A DNA stretch of 64,000 nt from Candidatus Hydrogenedentota bacterium. Its GTDB lineage: Bacteria > Hydrogenedentota > Hydrogenedentia > Hydrogenedentales > SLHB01. This document shows positions 48,667-59,900 of the stretch, one piece after another (within the stretch, counting starts at the first letter, position 1; the number at the start of each line of letters is the position of its first letter). The translations under genes were made by a program, and so were the position numbers. The stretch covers positions 106,677 to 170,676 of the forward strand of contig BTWA01000001.1 in assembly GCA_045863295.1 (NCBI GenBank). The letters run 5' to 3'. The notes beneath the pieces were generated by a model, which did no database searches, was not told where the DNA came from, and saw nothing but the letters and a program-made list of their open reading frames with translations.

Positions 48667-49716
48667 ATGAATCGACGTTCCTTTCTTGTAAGTCTGGCAG
48701 CCGCAGCCAACGCATTGGAAAACGTCGGGCAAGACGTCGCGCCGACGTCCACTCCCGGCCGCTGGCGCGGTTTCAACCTGCTTGAGAAATTTATCGCGGA
48801 ATCAAAGAGTCCGTTTGTCGAGCGCGATTTCGCATGGATGCAACAGTGGGGCTTCGATTTTGTTCGCCTGCCCATGGATTACCGGTGCTGGGCGCGCCAG
48901 GACGACTGGCTTACACTTGATGAGCCCGAATTGAAAGAAATCGACGATGCAGTAACGCTGGGTGGCAAATATGGTGTGCATGTGAGCATCAATTTCCATC
49001 GCGCACCGGGTTACAGCGTAAATCCAAATCCCCCCGAGCCGGTTTCCCTTTGGGAGGACGAAAATGCACAAGCGGCATTTGCTCAACACTGGCGCCATTT
49101 CGCTGCGAGATACGCGGGTGTGCCCAACGACCGTGTGAGTTTCAATCTGTTGAACGAACCCGCAAAGATTTCCGAAGATCGCTACGTGCGTGTCGCCTTG
49201 AGGGCTATTGAGGCAATTCGCGACGTAGACGCCGATCGCCTCATCATTTCGGATGGCCTGCATTGGGCGCGCCAGCCGGTAAAGTCGCTGGCGGTCGAGG
49301 GCGTGGCGCAGAGCACCCGCGGGTATGACCCTATGCCTATCAGCCATTATCAGGCATCGTGGGTGAATGGATCGGACAAGTGGCCCCTGCCCGAGTGGCC
49401 TAGCGAGGATGGAGAGAATTCGTGGAACCAGGATCGTTTGCGCACGATGTATGATGCTTGGCGCGACTTGGCCGAATCGGGCGTGGTCGTGCACGTTGGC
49501 GAATTCGGCGCGTTCAACCGAACGCCCCATGCCGTGGTCATGGCCTGGATGAAAGACAATCTGGAGATATGGAAAGAAGCCGGATGGGGCTGGGCGCTGT
49601 GGAACTTGCGGGGCTCGTTCGGGGTTGTCGATTCCGGACGGTCCGATGTCGTCTACGAGGAGTTTGACGGCCACAAACTTGACAAGGCAATGTTGGATCT
49701 GTTGCGCAACTTCTAA
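48667..49716 (+). CDS. Glycoside hydrolase family 5 (Tat-exported)
   Basis: MNRRSFL Tat signal, WRGFNL, GFDFVRLP, LLNEP (acid/base), VGEFG (nucleophile), GWALW. Confidence 0.92.
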   Translation: MNRRSFLVSLAAAANALENVGQDVAPTSTPGRWRGFNLLEKFIAESKSPFVERDFAWMQQWGFDFVRLPMDYRCWARQDDWLTLDEPELKEIDDAVTLGGKYGVHVSINFHRAPGYSVNPNPPEPVSLWEDENAQAAFAQHWRHFAARYAGVPNDRVSFNLLNEPAKISEDRYVRVALRAIEAIRDVDADRLIISDGLHWARQPVKSLAVEGVAQSTRGYDPMPISHYQASWVNGSDKWPLPEWPSEDGENSWNQDRLRTMYDAWRDLAESGVVVHVGEFGAFNRTPHAVVMAWMKDNLEIWKEAGWGWALWNLRGSFGVVDSGRSDVVYEEFDGHKLDKAMLDLLRNF

Positions 49717-49761
49717 ATCTGCTTTGACGGTCACAAAATTCTCCATGGGAGTTCTTATCAC

Positions 49762-51813
49762 ATGTACTGTCGTCCTGCCGCTTTTCTGGTCGTCTGGGCA
49801 TTGCTGGAGATGACGGATCCTTCCGTGCACGCGCAGACTTCCGCGCCGGTCACGCGCGTGTCAGTCGTACTTGACACGGACGCTACCCCTCCGGAGATTC
49901 TTGCGGCCGGTGTACTGAAACGGCGAGTAGAGCAAGTGAGCGAGGTGACTGTAGAAATCGGCCAAACCGCCGGCGCAAATGCAGTCATGTATCTGGGCGT
50001 CTCGCGTGAAGCCGGTACGGTGCATGATCAGTTTGCGCGCCTGAACGGAACATTGCCTGGGCGCAAGGAGGAATTGTTTCCAGAAGGCTATGCTGTGAAG
50101 TCCGATGGAAACGTAATTGTAGCCGTTGGAGTGGATGCGCGCGGCGTGTTGTATGCGGTGGGTGAAATCGTGCGGCAACTGAAATACGCGGCGGACTCCA
50201 TTGCAATACCTGTTATCGACGTGCAGACCGCGCCCGCATTCCGTTACCGCGGTTTCTCCGCGAATCAAGGCGGCACGATGATGAAGATTACGGGTGCGCG
50301 CGGTTGGACCGAAGACGAATTGCACGACGTGATCATGGAATATGCGCTCGCCGGAGGTAACACATTCTATGCCTCGGACCAACCCAGTCCATTCTATGAT
50401 TGGCAGAAATCCCACGGGTTTATGACCGTCACCGGCGCAAGGCCGAATCAGTTGCGCAGCGAGTTTCCACCGGAATGGAAGGCAGCGGGCCGCGAGGGCT
50501 GGGAAGGAAACACGTGGGTATGTCCTTCGATACCCGAGGCGCGCGCAGCCCTGATAAAGCAATGGGAAGAGGATTTCGGCTCGAGCGCGTTTCATGATGT
50601 GATGCGTTTCTATGCCGGCGATCCCGGCGGATGCACCTGCGACCAATGCACGCCGTGGGGTAAGACCTTTGTGGAGTTCTGCGAAGAGCTGGCGGCGATT
50701 TGGCTAAAGCACCATCCCGGAAGCACTGTGCAGATCGCGAACCAAGGCTTGGACAACGCCGGCGATCAGGCCATCTTCGATTATCTGAATGAGAAGCCGC
50801 GGACATGGTCGTACGGAATTTGCTACGGTCCCGGCAGCAACGCTATGTCGCCATACTTCCGCGATATTGACATGCGAGACGACCTGTTCGCCTATCCCGG
50901 CCAAGGACCGGTGAACCGCTACGTGGCGGAAATCGTTAGTGAATTGCCAGCCGATCAGCGTCTGGTTCACTACTCCGATATTACCCATTGGATCAGTGCG
51001 CAGTATATGGTCGAGCATCCGGAACCACACATAGTGAAAGCATATGGCCGCCGCACGTTTCATGCACGCCCCAAGGCGATGTATTGGACATTTCAGGCAA
51101 TCATGCCATTCTCCGAAGGCGATATCATCTATTCCGAGGGCAATCACGACGAGTTTCATCAGTACTTGTGGGCACGGCTTCTATGGGATCCGAACCGCTC
51201 TCTGGACGATGTCATGACGGAATACTGTACGCTCTACTTCGGCGAAGAGGCCGCCCCGGAGATGGTACAGGCGCTTTTCCAATTGGAGAGCAGTCTTGAA
51301 GCGTCTTTGGCGGAAAACCCTGGCATCGAAAAGTACTACGCACTCGTCAAGTCGGCCGGCGAAAAGATGCCCGCATGGCGCAAAGAAAAGGATTATCGCT
51401 GGCGGCTTCACATGCAAAAAGCCGCGCTTGACCGCTACAATCAGTGGAAGCTTCGCGCGGAGTTGGACAAAGAAGCGCGAATCCGGAGTGTACTTGAGCC
51501 GGCGATTGCAAAAGGGCCGCTGGATGAAGCAATCGAAGCCGCGCAGTCCATACTCAACGAATCAAACGAGATGCCTGAGATGGCCGCACTGCGAGAAGAA
51601 GCGCGAGTGTTGGGCGAGGAAACCAATGCGCGCCACGGCGATAGAAACCCCGGTTACTTCAAATTGGACCAGCCGTTCCGCGACCTTCCGGGAATCCAGC
51701 GCAGTCTCGATGCGGCCAAGTCGGCACAAGGCCGCGAACAAAAGCGCGAGCACCTGAAATTCACACTTAAACTCACGGAAAAACCAACCGTGCACGGCAA
51801 CATCTTCTGGTAA
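49762..51813 (+). CDS. Secreted putative glycoside hydrolase (GH20/GH67-type N-domain plus uncharacterised barrel)
   Basis: Signal peptide; PEGYAV....I...G.D.RGVLYAV...P.FRYRG; DPGGC.C..C; ARLLWDP. Confidence 0.6.
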   Translation: MYCRPAAFLVVWALLEMTDPSVHAQTSAPVTRVSVVLDTDATPPEILAAGVLKRRVEQVSEVTVEIGQTAGANAVMYLGVSREAGTVHDQFARLNGTLPGRKEELFPEGYAVKSDGNVIVAVGVDARGVLYAVGEIVRQLKYAADSIAIPVIDVQTAPAFRYRGFSANQGGTMMKITGARGWTEDELHDVIMEYALAGGNTFYASDQPSPFYDWQKSHGFMTVTGARPNQLRSEFPPEWKAAGREGWEGNTWVCPSIPEARAALIKQWEEDFGSSAFHDVMRFYAGDPGGCTCDQCTPWGKTFVEFCEELAAIWLKHHPGSTVQIANQGLDNAGDQAIFDYLNEKPRTWSYGICYGPGSNAMSPYFRDIDMRDDLFAYPGQGPVNRYVAEIVSELPADQRLVHYSDITHWISAQYMVEHPEPHIVKAYGRRTFHARPKAMYWTFQAIMPFSEGDIIYSEGNHDEFHQYLWARLLWDPNRSLDDVMTEYCTLYFGEEAAPEMVQALFQLESSLEASLAENPGIEKYYALVKSAGEKMPAWRKEKDYRWRLHMQKAALDRYNQWKLRAELDKEARIRSVLEPAIAKGPLDEAIEAAQSILNESNEMPEMAALREEARVLGEETNARHGDRNPGYFKLDQPFRDLPGIQRSLDAAKSAQGREQKREHLKFTLKLTEKPTVHGNIFW

Positions 51814-51816
51814 GTG

Positions 51817-53235
51817 CTATTCGCCCGGTTCAAGCGGGATGCCCAGCGCCTTCATGCGACGCCAGACCGAAGTCCGAGTAAGGCCCAGCCGCCGCGCGGC
51901 CTCGGCCTTGTTCCAGTCGCACTCCCGCAAGACTTCGATCAACTGATCCTTGGATGCGGACCGGTGCCTGCCGTGGCGCACCGCGCGCGCATACGGCAAC
52001 GCGGCGGGCAACTCGGGCGCCGCGCACATTTTGCTCCGGAGTTCCATGCGCCGGATTTCCAGCGGCAAATCGAACGGTCCAATCAACGGGCCGGGGCAAG
52101 TGACGAATGCATGCTCCACCGCATTCTCCAACTCTCGCACGTTGCCCGGCCAGCAATAGTCCATCATGATGCGCATGGCCTCCGGCGAAAATCCACGAAT
52201 GTCCTTGTTCGTCGATCGACGGAACAGACCGATGAAGTGGTTCAACAGCAGCGGCATGTCTTCCTTGCGCTCCCGCAGCGGAGGCAGAACGACGGGAAAG
52301 ACCTTCAACCGGTAGTACAGGTCTTCCCGGAAATTGCCTTTCTTCACCTCCGCCAGCAAATCCTTGTTGGTGGCCGCAATGATGCGCACGTCGACTCTCC
52401 GGGAGATCGATTCGCCGACGCGTTCCAGTTCGCGCTCCTGCAGAACGCGCAACAACTTCACTTGGATCAAGGGCGGAATCTCGCCAATCTCATCCAGAAA
52501 AATGGTGCCGCCGTCCGCGCGTTCGAACCGGCCTATGTTGTCGCGAATCGCGCCCGTAAACGCACCCTTGACGTGCCCAAACAGTTCGCTTTCCAGAAGC
52601 GACTCGCTGAGCGCCGAACAATTGACCGTGACGATGGGTTTCCCCCGCCGGTCGCTGTTGAAGTGAATCGCTTTGGCAACCAGTTCCTTGCCGGTACCCG
52701 TCTCTCCATAAACAAGCACAGTCACGTTGGAGGCCGCCGCCATCTCCACGAGGTTGTAAAGTTCCTGCATGGGCCGGCTCTTGCCAATCAGACTGTGGAA
52801 TTCGTACCGCTCGGCCACGTGGCGCTGCAGACTGCTGACTTGCTCCTGGAGCTCGCGCACGGGGCTGATATCGGTGAGCGTAATGACCGCCCCCACAGCC
52901 TCGCCATCGGCATCGCGGAGAACCCGGCCATTTGCAATCACCGGCACCTCGGTTCCGTCGCGACGCGCGATCACCGTCTCCACGCGGTTGGCCTCTCCCC
53001 GCGCAAACAATTCGCAATCCATGTTCTCGAAAGGCACGGCCGTCCCTGCGTCGCCTGCTTTGAGAAACGAGCAGGGTTGGCCATACGCTTCATCGCTGGA
53101 ATATCCCGTGAGCCGCTGCATGGCCCGGTTCCATCGTTGAATCCGATGGTCGTTGTCAATGACAAAAACGCCGTCGGCCATGGTGTCCAGGATGGCCGCC
53201 AATTCCAACGCTTCCCGTTCGAATGACTCAATCAC
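51817..53235 (-). CDS. PAS-domain sigma54-dependent transcriptional activator
   Basis: PAS domain, [33 protein letters not shown], Fis HTH. GTG start at 53235 chosen from the RBS. Confidence 0.93.
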   Translation of the reverse strand: MIESFEREALELAAILDTMADGVFVIDNDHRIQRWNRAMQRLTGYSSDEAYGQPCSFLKAGDAGTAVPFENMDCELFARGEANRVETVIARRDGTEVPVIANGRVLRDADGEAVGAVITLTDISPVRELQEQVSSLQRHVAERYEFHSLIGKSRPMQELYNLVEMAAASNVTVLVYGETGTGKELVAKAIHFNSDRRGKPIVTVNCSALSESLLESELFGHVKGAFTGAIRDNIGRFERADGGTIFLDEIGEIPPLIQVKLLRVLQERELERVGESISRRVDVRIIAATNKDLLAEVKKGNFREDLYYRLKVFPVVLPPLRERKEDMPLLLNHFIGLFRRSTNKDIRGFSPEAMRIMMDYCWPGNVRELENAVEHAFVTCPGPLIGPFDLPLEIRRMELRSKMCAAPELPAALPYARAVRHGRHRSASKDQLIEVLRECDWNKAEAARRLGLTRTSVWRRMKALGIPLEPGE

Positions 53236-53376
53236 GGCACGCCCCCTTTCTCCGCAAAGACTCCTTAGTATACAACGAAACCAGGCGCTGTGTACCCCTG
53301 GTTTCAAACCGGACGGAAATGCGCTACAATCGCGCTGTACATTCGTTTGATAGAGAATTGTCCAGGAGGAGCCGCC

Positions 53377-54468
53377 ATGGGCTTGTTTGACATGATCCGG
53401 GGCCAGTTAATTGATGTGATCGAGTGGCTCGATCCGTCCAACGACACAATGGTCTATCGATACGAGCGCCACGACAACGAGATTAAATACGGCGCCAAGC
53501 TGATAGTGCGCGAGTCGCAGGTCGCCGTGTTCATTCACAAAGGCCAACTCGCAGACGTGTTCGCGCCCGGCACCCACACGCTGGAAACGCAGAACATCCC
53601 CATATTGACTACCCTGATGTCATGGCCGCACGGATTCAACAGTCCGTTCAAGGCTGAAGTCTATTTCGTCAACACGAAACGCTTCACCGATCTTAAGTGG
53701 GGCACGAAGAATCCAATCATGTTGCGCGATCCCGAGTTTGGCCCGGTGCGCCTGCGCGCCTACGGCACCTACGCCATCCGCGTCATGTATGCGCCCACGT
53801 TTATCAAGGAGATCGCCGGCACCGATGGCGTGTTCACCTCCGCTGAGATCACGAATCAGTTACGCAACCTCATCGTGGCGCGATTCAGTGACATCCTCGG
53901 GGAAAGCAAGATCCCCATTCTCGATCTCGCCGCGAACTACAGCGAGTTGGGCAAGTTTGTTTCGCAGAACATCATCGACGATTTCGACGCGTACGGACTC
54001 CAGGTCACCGATTTCACCGTCGAAAACATTTCGCTCCCGCCCGGCGTGGAAGAAGCGCTCGACAAACGCACCAGCATGGGCATCCTTGGCGACATGAACA
54101 AATACTCCCAATACGCCGCAGCCAACGCCATGGAAAAAGCCGCCGAAAATCCCGGCGGCATGGCATCCGGCGGCATGGGTATGGCCATGGGCGTGGCTAT
54201 GGCGGGTCAAGTCGCCCAGGCGGCACGCCCCGGAGGTCCACCGCCCGTGCCGGGCTCAGCCGCCGCCAGTTACTTCGTGGCCTCAGGCGGCCAGCAAGCA
54301 GGCCCCTACGATGTGGCGGCCCTGCAAAACCAGGCGCGCGGAGGCCAACTCACCCGTGACACGCTCGTGTGGTGCGAAGGAATGGTCAACTGGGAAAAGG
54401 CAGGATCCGTGCCCGCGCTCTCCAGCGTATTCTCGGCGATGCCGCCTCCATTGCCGCCTTCACCGTAA
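53377..54468 (+). CDS. SPFH (YdjI-like) domain protein with C-terminal GYF_2 domain
   Basis: IDVIEW, LIVRESQ.AVF, FNSPFKAEVYFVN, KWGT.NP, and tail QAGPY...L......G.LT.DTLVW..GM..W. Confidence 0.9.
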   Translation: MGLFDMIRGQLIDVIEWLDPSNDTMVYRYERHDNEIKYGAKLIVRESQVAVFIHKGQLADVFAPGTHTLETQNIPILTTLMSWPHGFNSPFKAEVYFVNTKRFTDLKWGTKNPIMLRDPEFGPVRLRAYGTYAIRVMYAPTFIKEIAGTDGVFTSAEITNQLRNLIVARFSDILGESKIPILDLAANYSELGKFVSQNIIDDFDAYGLQVTDFTVENISLPPGVEEALDKRTSMGILGDMNKYSQYAAANAMEKAAENPGGMASGGMGMAMGVAMAGQVAQAARPGGPPPVPGSAAASYFVASGGQQAGPYDVAALQNQARGGQLTRDTLVWCEGMVNWEKAGSVPALSSVFSAMPPPLPPSP

Positions 54469-54515
54469 TCACGTTCGTCGGGTAATGGCTGTAGCCTGAA
54501 TTTGATGAGGTTGCC

Positions 54516-55604
54516 GTGGGGGAAGAACAGTTTTTTCCATGCGCCCAATGCGGCGCGAAGTTGGAATTCGATCCGGCTGCATCTGCGCAAGTATGCACGC
54601 ACTGCGGTTTCGAGAACGCCATCGAAACCGCCGATGAGCCGATCGAAGAGTTGAACTACACCGCCCACATGGCCGAATTGGCGGGCCAGGCCGAAACCGT
54701 CGACGTCATTACCGTCAAATGCGTGGGGTGTGGCGCCGAATCCACCCAGGGTCCCAGCGAGACCGCCGGAAAATGCCCGTTTTGCGGCGCGGCCATTGTC
54801 TCGACCGCGCAGTCTCACAAGTTGATCAAGCCGGCCTCGCTGCTGCCGTTTGGAGTGACCAAGGAACAAGCCCGCGATTCCTACCGGAAATGGATCCACG
54901 GCCTCTGGTTCGCGCCCAATGCCCTGCGCCGGAATGCCCGCCAGGATACCCCGGTCAACGGCATGTACTGCCCCTACTGGACCTACGATACCAACACCGT
55001 CACCCGGTACAAAGGGCAGCGCGGCGATTACTACTACACCACCGAAAGTTATACAACCACCGTGAACGGCAAAAGCGTGCGCCGCACGCGCCAAGTGCGC
55101 AAGACCCGGTGGCGCTCCGCCAGCGGCACCGTCAGCAACGCCTTCGACGACGTATTGGTCGTCGCCAGTCAGTCGCTTCCCCGCCAATACGCCGAAGCGC
55201 TAGAGCCGTGGGACCTGCAGAACCTCGTGCCCTATAAAGACGACTACCTCGCCGGCTTCAGGGCCGAGAGTTATCAGGTCGACCTCGTGCAAGGCTTCGA
55301 ACGCGCCAAGGAATTGATGGCCCCCACCATCCACCAAACGATCTGCCGCGACATCGGCGGAGACGAACAACGCGTTTCTTGGACCAGCACCCAATACAAC
55401 CGCGTCACCTTCAAACACACGCTCCTGCCGGTATGGATCAGCGCGTACCGTTACGGAAAGAAAACCTACCGGTTCCTCGTGAACGCGCGAACCGGCGAAG
55501 TGCAGGGCGAACGCCCATGGAGTTGGGTGAAAATCACGCTGGCCGTGCTGGCGGGGGTTGCGGTCGTCGGTGCAATTGCCGCAATCATCGCGGCGAATCA
55601 GTGA
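54516..55604 (+). CDS. Multi-zinc-ribbon membrane protein (partner of the SPFH protein)
   Basis: CAQCGA, CTHCG, CVGCGA, CPFCG; PYWTYD; LEPWD; IGGDEQR; LLPVW...Y.Y; VNARTGEVQGERP; C-terminal TM. Confidence 0.85.
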   Translation: MGEEQFFPCAQCGAKLEFDPAASAQVCTHCGFENAIETADEPIEELNYTAHMAELAGQAETVDVITVKCVGCGAESTQGPSETAGKCPFCGAAIVSTAQSHKLIKPASLLPFGVTKEQARDSYRKWIHGLWFAPNALRRNARQDTPVNGMYCPYWTYDTNTVTRYKGQRGDYYYTTESYTTTVNGKSVRRTRQVRKTRWRSASGTVSNAFDDVLVVASQSLPRQYAEALEPWDLQNLVPYKDDYLAGFRAESYQVDLVQGFERAKELMAPTIHQTICRDIGGDEQRVSWTSTQYNRVTFKHTLLPVWISAYRYGKKTYRFLVNARTGEVQGERPWSWVKITLAVLAGVAVVGAIAAIIAANQ

Positions 55605-55659
55605 GCGATCAGAGTCCCTTGCGCAGATTGTATCCCCTCATTCCGATCCGTGCGATTTA

Positions 55660-56487
55660 TCAATCCATGCTTTTCACGTCGAACCGCTCGAATTCGGCCC
55701 AGTTGGGGGCTTTAGTGCCGTCTAGTTGGGCCCAGTAACGTCGGGGGTTCTCCTGATCGTAGCCGAAGATGTGCGCCTTGCGGGGAATGACGGCGCGCAC
55801 CACGCGCACATTCAGGGAAATCTTCACCCCTTCCTCCACATACGAATCGGCCACGATAGCTCCTGAGGCAATCGCAACTTTGTCTTCGAGAATAGACGGA
55901 CCGAGGACCTGCGATCCGTTGCCGAAGAACACGCGGCCACCCACAATGGGGTGACGGCGTCCTGTACGAGATCGCCGGCCCGTTGCCCCGAGGGTAACTC
56001 CGTGGTAGATGAAGGTGTGCGGTCCGACTTCGCTCGTTGCGCCGATGACCGTGCCATGGCCGTGGTCGATCCCGAACGGCACGGCAATGCGAGCGCCGGG
56101 ATGGATCTCCACGTTCGTGTTCTTCTGCACGTACTTGGCCATGACTTCAATGCTGTAGAGCAGGTCCGGCCACGCGTCCAACAGCGTTTGAAAGATCCGG
56201 TGCGCGGCTATGGCCGCCATGCCCCGGCGCACACTCAGGATTTGCACGTCGCTGTACCCTGCCGAGGCGGGGTCCTCCTCCCGGAAAAAGTCCATATCGG
56301 CGGCGATCATGGAACGGAGCGAGGCCGCCCGATCGCGTCCAAAATAACGATTCAGAAAGGCATCCAGCGCGGCATGGGTGACCTCGCCGTTGCTCAACCC
56401 GAGTACGGCCGTTAATTCGCTCTCAAAAGCCGTCATTTCAGGCGTGCCCGGGCGTAATTCCACGGGATACGAGTGCGCGTTCGTCAT
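55660..56487 (-). CDS. cysE: Serine O-acetyltransferase-like hexapeptide acyltransferase
   Basis: DPA, HR, EIHPGARI, IDHG.GTVIG.T, YHGVTLGA, RHP.VG. Confidence 0.75.
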   Translation of the reverse strand: MTNAHSYPVELRPGTPEMTAFESELTAVLGLSNGEVTHAALDAFLNRYFGRDRAASLRSMIAADMDFFREEDPASAGYSDVQILSVRRGMAAIAAHRIFQTLLDAWPDLLYSIEVMAKYVQKNTNVEIHPGARIAVPFGIDHGHGTVIGATSEVGPHTFIYHGVTLGATGRRSRTGRRHPIVGGRVFFGNGSQVLGPSILEDKVAIASGAIVADSYVEEGVKISLNVRVVRAVIPRKAHIFGYDQENPRRYWAQLDGTKAPNWAEFERFDVKSMD

Positions 56488-56696
56488 AAGGCTCCTTCAG
56501 TGCCGGTCCGCCGGACGTTTACAATCTACTACGGTGTAGCACCGACGCTTGGAAGGAGTCAACCGGACGGCTGTCCGGGACTATTCCCGCGTTGCATTTC
56601 CGGGGCCTTGGTTGCCTTCGTTCGGGTGCATCCCGTAGACTTCGTCCGGAGGCATTTGCCTTCACTTTGGGGGAATTCGCAGGGGAGTATGGTTGG

Positions 56697-57230
56697 GTGA
56701 TTTTGCCGGACAGACGCATCAAAGAACTCTTGGCCAGCGGCGATTTGGTCATTGATCCACTCGATGATATGCAGATTGGCCCGGCCTCCGTGGATCTTCG
56801 CCTTGGAGGCACATTCCTGACGCCGCGTGCCACAACCGGCATGTTTTCCATGGCCGAACCCATCGAGTACGAGCGGGTCGAAGGCGAACATTTTGTAGTG
56901 CCGGCGCACGGCTTCGTGTTGGCCACCACGCGCGAGGTCATTAAACTCCCCGACTACCTGACCGCGTTCGTCGAAGGCCGCAGCTCCGTCGGCCGGTTGG
57001 GCCTGTTCATTCAAAACGCGGGATGGGTGGACCCGGGGTTCCACGGCGCCATTACGCTTGAGTTGTTCAACGCCAATACCGCCCCCATGCGGATATCGGC
57101 CGGCCGCCGCATTTGCCAACTGGTCATCGCCCAATCCGATGGACCGGTGGATCGGCCGTATCAGGGGAAATACCAAGGCCAACTCGACACCACCGGATCC
57201 CGCGTGCACTTGGATACTGAAAACGCCTGA
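56697..57230 (+). CDS. dcd: dCTP deaminase
   Basis: MILPD..I, QIGPASVDLRLG, EGRSSVGRLGL, AGWVDPGF.G.ITLE, ICQL, YQGKYQGQ. Confidence 0.95.
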   Translation: MILPDRRIKELLASGDLVIDPLDDMQIGPASVDLRLGGTFLTPRATTGMFSMAEPIEYERVEGEHFVVPAHGFVLATTREVIKLPDYLTAFVEGRSSVGRLGLFIQNAGWVDPGFHGAITLELFNANTAPMRISAGRRICQLVIAQSDGPVDRPYQGKYQGQLDTTGSRVHLDTENA

Positions 57231-57233
57231 CGT

Positions 57234-57920
57234 TTACGCGTACTGGAGCGGGTCCGTCAATCCCGCGTCGGCAAACGCCTTCAAACGTTCCACGCAAGTC
57301 GGGCAGGTGCCGCAGGCGGCCACCCCACCCCGGTAACACGACCACGTGTGAGTGAAGTCGACCCCCAATTCGGCTCCCAGGCGGACCGCATCCGACTTGA
57401 GGGATGCCACGAAGGGTGCGTGTACCGTAATAGCCTGCCGTCGGTTCAATGAAAGCACCTCATTAATGCGTTTCAGGAACTCTGCCGTGCAGTCCCAATA
57501 CCCGTACTCGTCGCGAGCTTGAGCCCCATAGTAGACATCCGTCACCCCATGGGCTTCAGCATACGCAGCCGCCATGGAAAGCAGCATCATGTTTCGGTTG
57601 GGCACGTACGTGGGCGGCTGATCGAGGTCTGTTTCACAAAGCGTTTCAAAATCCGGAACTTCCGCACCGCCCCGGACAAGGGTCGTGCCCGAAGCCACGA
57701 GCGGACCCAAAAACGACACGTCCAGGACCGTATGTTTGGCCACTCCTGCGGCCTCGGCCTGCCAATCCGCGCAGTCCAACTCGCGCGCGTGGCGCTGGCC
57801 ATAGTCGAAACTCAACGTAAAAACGGGGGTTTTGCGCAACTGTTTCACCGCGTGGTGCAAGAGTACGGAGGAATCCAATCCTCCGCTAAGCAAAACGACC
57901 GCTCCAGGCGATCCAGCCAT
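57234..57920 (-). CDS. queC: 7-cyano-7-deazaguanine synthase
   Basis: AVVLLSGGLDS, FDYGQRH..E, TYVPNRN, YWDC..EF, TWSCY.G...ACG.C.TC..R. Confidence 0.96.
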   Translation of the reverse strand: MAGSPGAVVLLSGGLDSSVLLHHAVKQLRKTPVFTLSFDYGQRHARELDCADWQAEAAGVAKHTVLDVSFLGPLVASGTTLVRGGAEVPDFETLCETDLDQPPTYVPNRNMMLLSMAAAYAEAHGVTDVYYGAQARDEYGYWDCTAEFLKRINEVLSLNRRQAITVHAPFVASLKSDAVRLGAELGVDFTHTWSCYRGGVAACGTCPTCVERLKAFADAGLTDPLQYA

Positions 57921-58163
57921 GGTCGAGACCTCCGAATCCGGGTGGACAAGTCCGCTAATCTAGTCGGAAACCCGTCGCGGTAACAACAAAATGCGCGGGG
58001 TGCGCGGCATTTTCGCAGTGCATGACTGGAATGTGGAACGACGCTGTTCCACGCCGGTTCGACCAAAATTGATATCACGGAACCGGCGGATCGTTGCATC
58101 CCAAGGCAGTGCAGGATAGAATTCCCGGTTTCGTGGATTACGTTTGGCTTGATGGAAGACCCC

Positions 58164-59561
58164 ATGCCGCTACAACTCTTCAATACCTTGACCCGCAAGA
58201 AAGAACTGTTTGAACCGCTGGAGCCGCCCAAGGTCCGACTGTATACCTGCGGACCGACGGTGTACAACTTTGCGCATATCGGAAACCTGCGGACCTTTAT
58301 GTTCGAGGATTTGTTGCGCCGATACCTTAAATTTCGAGGGTACGAAGTCTTTCATGTCATGAACCTGACAGACATCGAAGACAAGATCATCCGCACGTGC
58401 CGCGAGACCGGCGAGTCGCGCGAGTCGCTGGTGAATCGGTACGCCCAAGCGTTTTTCGAGGATTTGGACGCTTTGGGCATTGAGCGCGCCGAGGTCTATC
58501 CCAAGGCCACGGACCACATCCCCGAGATGGTGGCCATGATTCAGACCTTGATCGAGCGAGGTCACGCCTATGCTGCAAACGGCTCGGTCTACTTCAAATT
58601 GTCCTCCTTCCCCCACTACGGATGCCTGTCGCATTTCAACATGGACGAATTGCAGCAGGGCGCGTCCGGCCGGGTGGATTCGGACGAATACGAAACCGAA
58701 GACGTGCGGGATTTTGCGCTCTGGAAAGCCTGGGACGAGGACGACGGCGACATCTATTGGGAAACGGCCTTGGGCAAGGGGCGTCCTGGTTGGCACATCG
58801 AATGTTCCGCGATGGCGATCAAATACATGGGCGAATCGTTCGACATCCACTGCGGCGGCATCGACAACATGTTTCCGCACCATGAAAACGAAATTGCTCA
58901 GTCCGAAGCGGTGACCGGGAAACAATTCGTGAAATACTGGCTGCACGCGCAGCACCTGTTGGTCGAAGGCAGGAAGATGTCCAAGTCGTTCGGCAACTTC
59001 TACACCCTTCGCGACCTGATGGCGCAGGGCCACGATCCCGTGGCGATTCGCTACCTCTTGATTTCAACGGACTACCGCAAACAGGCCAATTTCACCGTTG
59101 AAGCCCTCGAATCGGCTAAGAACGCGTTGAGGCGAATCCGCGACTTCCGCCTGCGTTTGGAGGCGGTAAAAATGCCCTCCGGGCGGGATTTGACCGGCGA
59201 GGCACCCGCGTGCGAAAAGCAGTTCGTCGAGGCGTTGGATGACGATCTGAACATATCGGCCGCCCTCGCGTCCGTATTCGACTTTATTCGTGACACCAAC
59301 AAATGGGTGGACCGGTCAGAACTGAGTGTCCAAGGCGCGACCAGGGCACTGCAGTTGCTGGATCGCTTGAACGCAGTCACGGGAGTATTTGGCTCCCCCG
59401 GCGATCAAATCCCAGATGAGGTGGCCGCATTGGTGGCGGAACGTCAGAAAGCAAGGCGCGCCAAGGACTTCGCCGCATCGGACGCCGCCCGCGATAAGCT
59501 GCGGGATCTCGGCTGGGTGGTGGAGGATACCGCCGATGGCCCCCGGGTAAAGCGTCTGTAG
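58164..59561 (+). CDS. cysS: Cysteine--tRNA ligase
   Basis: [43 protein letters not shown]. Confidence 0.98.
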   Translation: MPLQLFNTLTRKKELFEPLEPPKVRLYTCGPTVYNFAHIGNLRTFMFEDLLRRYLKFRGYEVFHVMNLTDIEDKIIRTCRETGESRESLVNRYAQAFFEDLDALGIERAEVYPKATDHIPEMVAMIQTLIERGHAYAANGSVYFKLSSFPHYGCLSHFNMDELQQGASGRVDSDEYETEDVRDFALWKAWDEDDGDIYWETALGKGRPGWHIECSAMAIKYMGESFDIHCGGIDNMFPHHENEIAQSEAVTGKQFVKYWLHAQHLLVEGRKMSKSFGNFYTLRDLMAQGHDPVAIRYLLISTDYRKQANFTVEALESAKNALRRIRDFRLRLEAVKMPSGRDLTGEAPACEKQFVEALDDDLNISAALASVFDFIRDTNKWVDRSELSVQGATRALQLLDRLNAVTGVFGSPGDQIPDEVAALVAERQKARRAKDFAASDAARDKLRDLGWVVEDTADGPRVKRL

Positions 59562-59666
59562 GGCAGTAACGGATTGCTCCAAAATCGGGTATACTTGGAC
59601 AGGGTTCGGAACCAGGTGCCAATCTAATTGCCAAATTCGTATACTACGAAATTCCGGAGGACATGG

Positions 59667-59695
59667 TTGACAGGCTGGGGACCCTATGCTAGACT
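59667..59695 (+). promoter_or_regulatory. Strong sigma70 promoter
   Basis: TTGACA-N17-TAGACT with a TG extension, about 200 nt upstream of ATG 59901. Confidence 0.7.
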
Positions 59696-59900
59696 GGGGT
59701 ACATAGCTATCCTCCGGCAATCGGGAAGAATGGTGCATTTGCCGGACAATCGGGGAGAGGCTGGGTGGCGACATGAGGTGGGGCTGCGCACTAGACATTT
59801 CTTTTGAGTAGGGGAAGTATTCTGTCCTTTTGATTCCAGGCTTTACTTCAGGTTCCATCCTGGTATGCAGATTCTCTTAAGGGAAGGAGGTGAAAGGTAC

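Noticed and set aside
51814..53226. 470-aa plus-strand ORF (also the long reverse ORFs over aspS, pilR, the beta-helix gene and GH5)
   Set aside because: Antisense shadows of well-supported genes, common in GC-rich DNA.
57234..58160. queC as part of a DNA-modification/defence (Dpd, Qat) system, or under a preQ1 riboswitch
   Set aside because: Canonical tRNA-pathway QueC among housekeeping genes; no dpd or qat partners and no preQ1 motif recognised.
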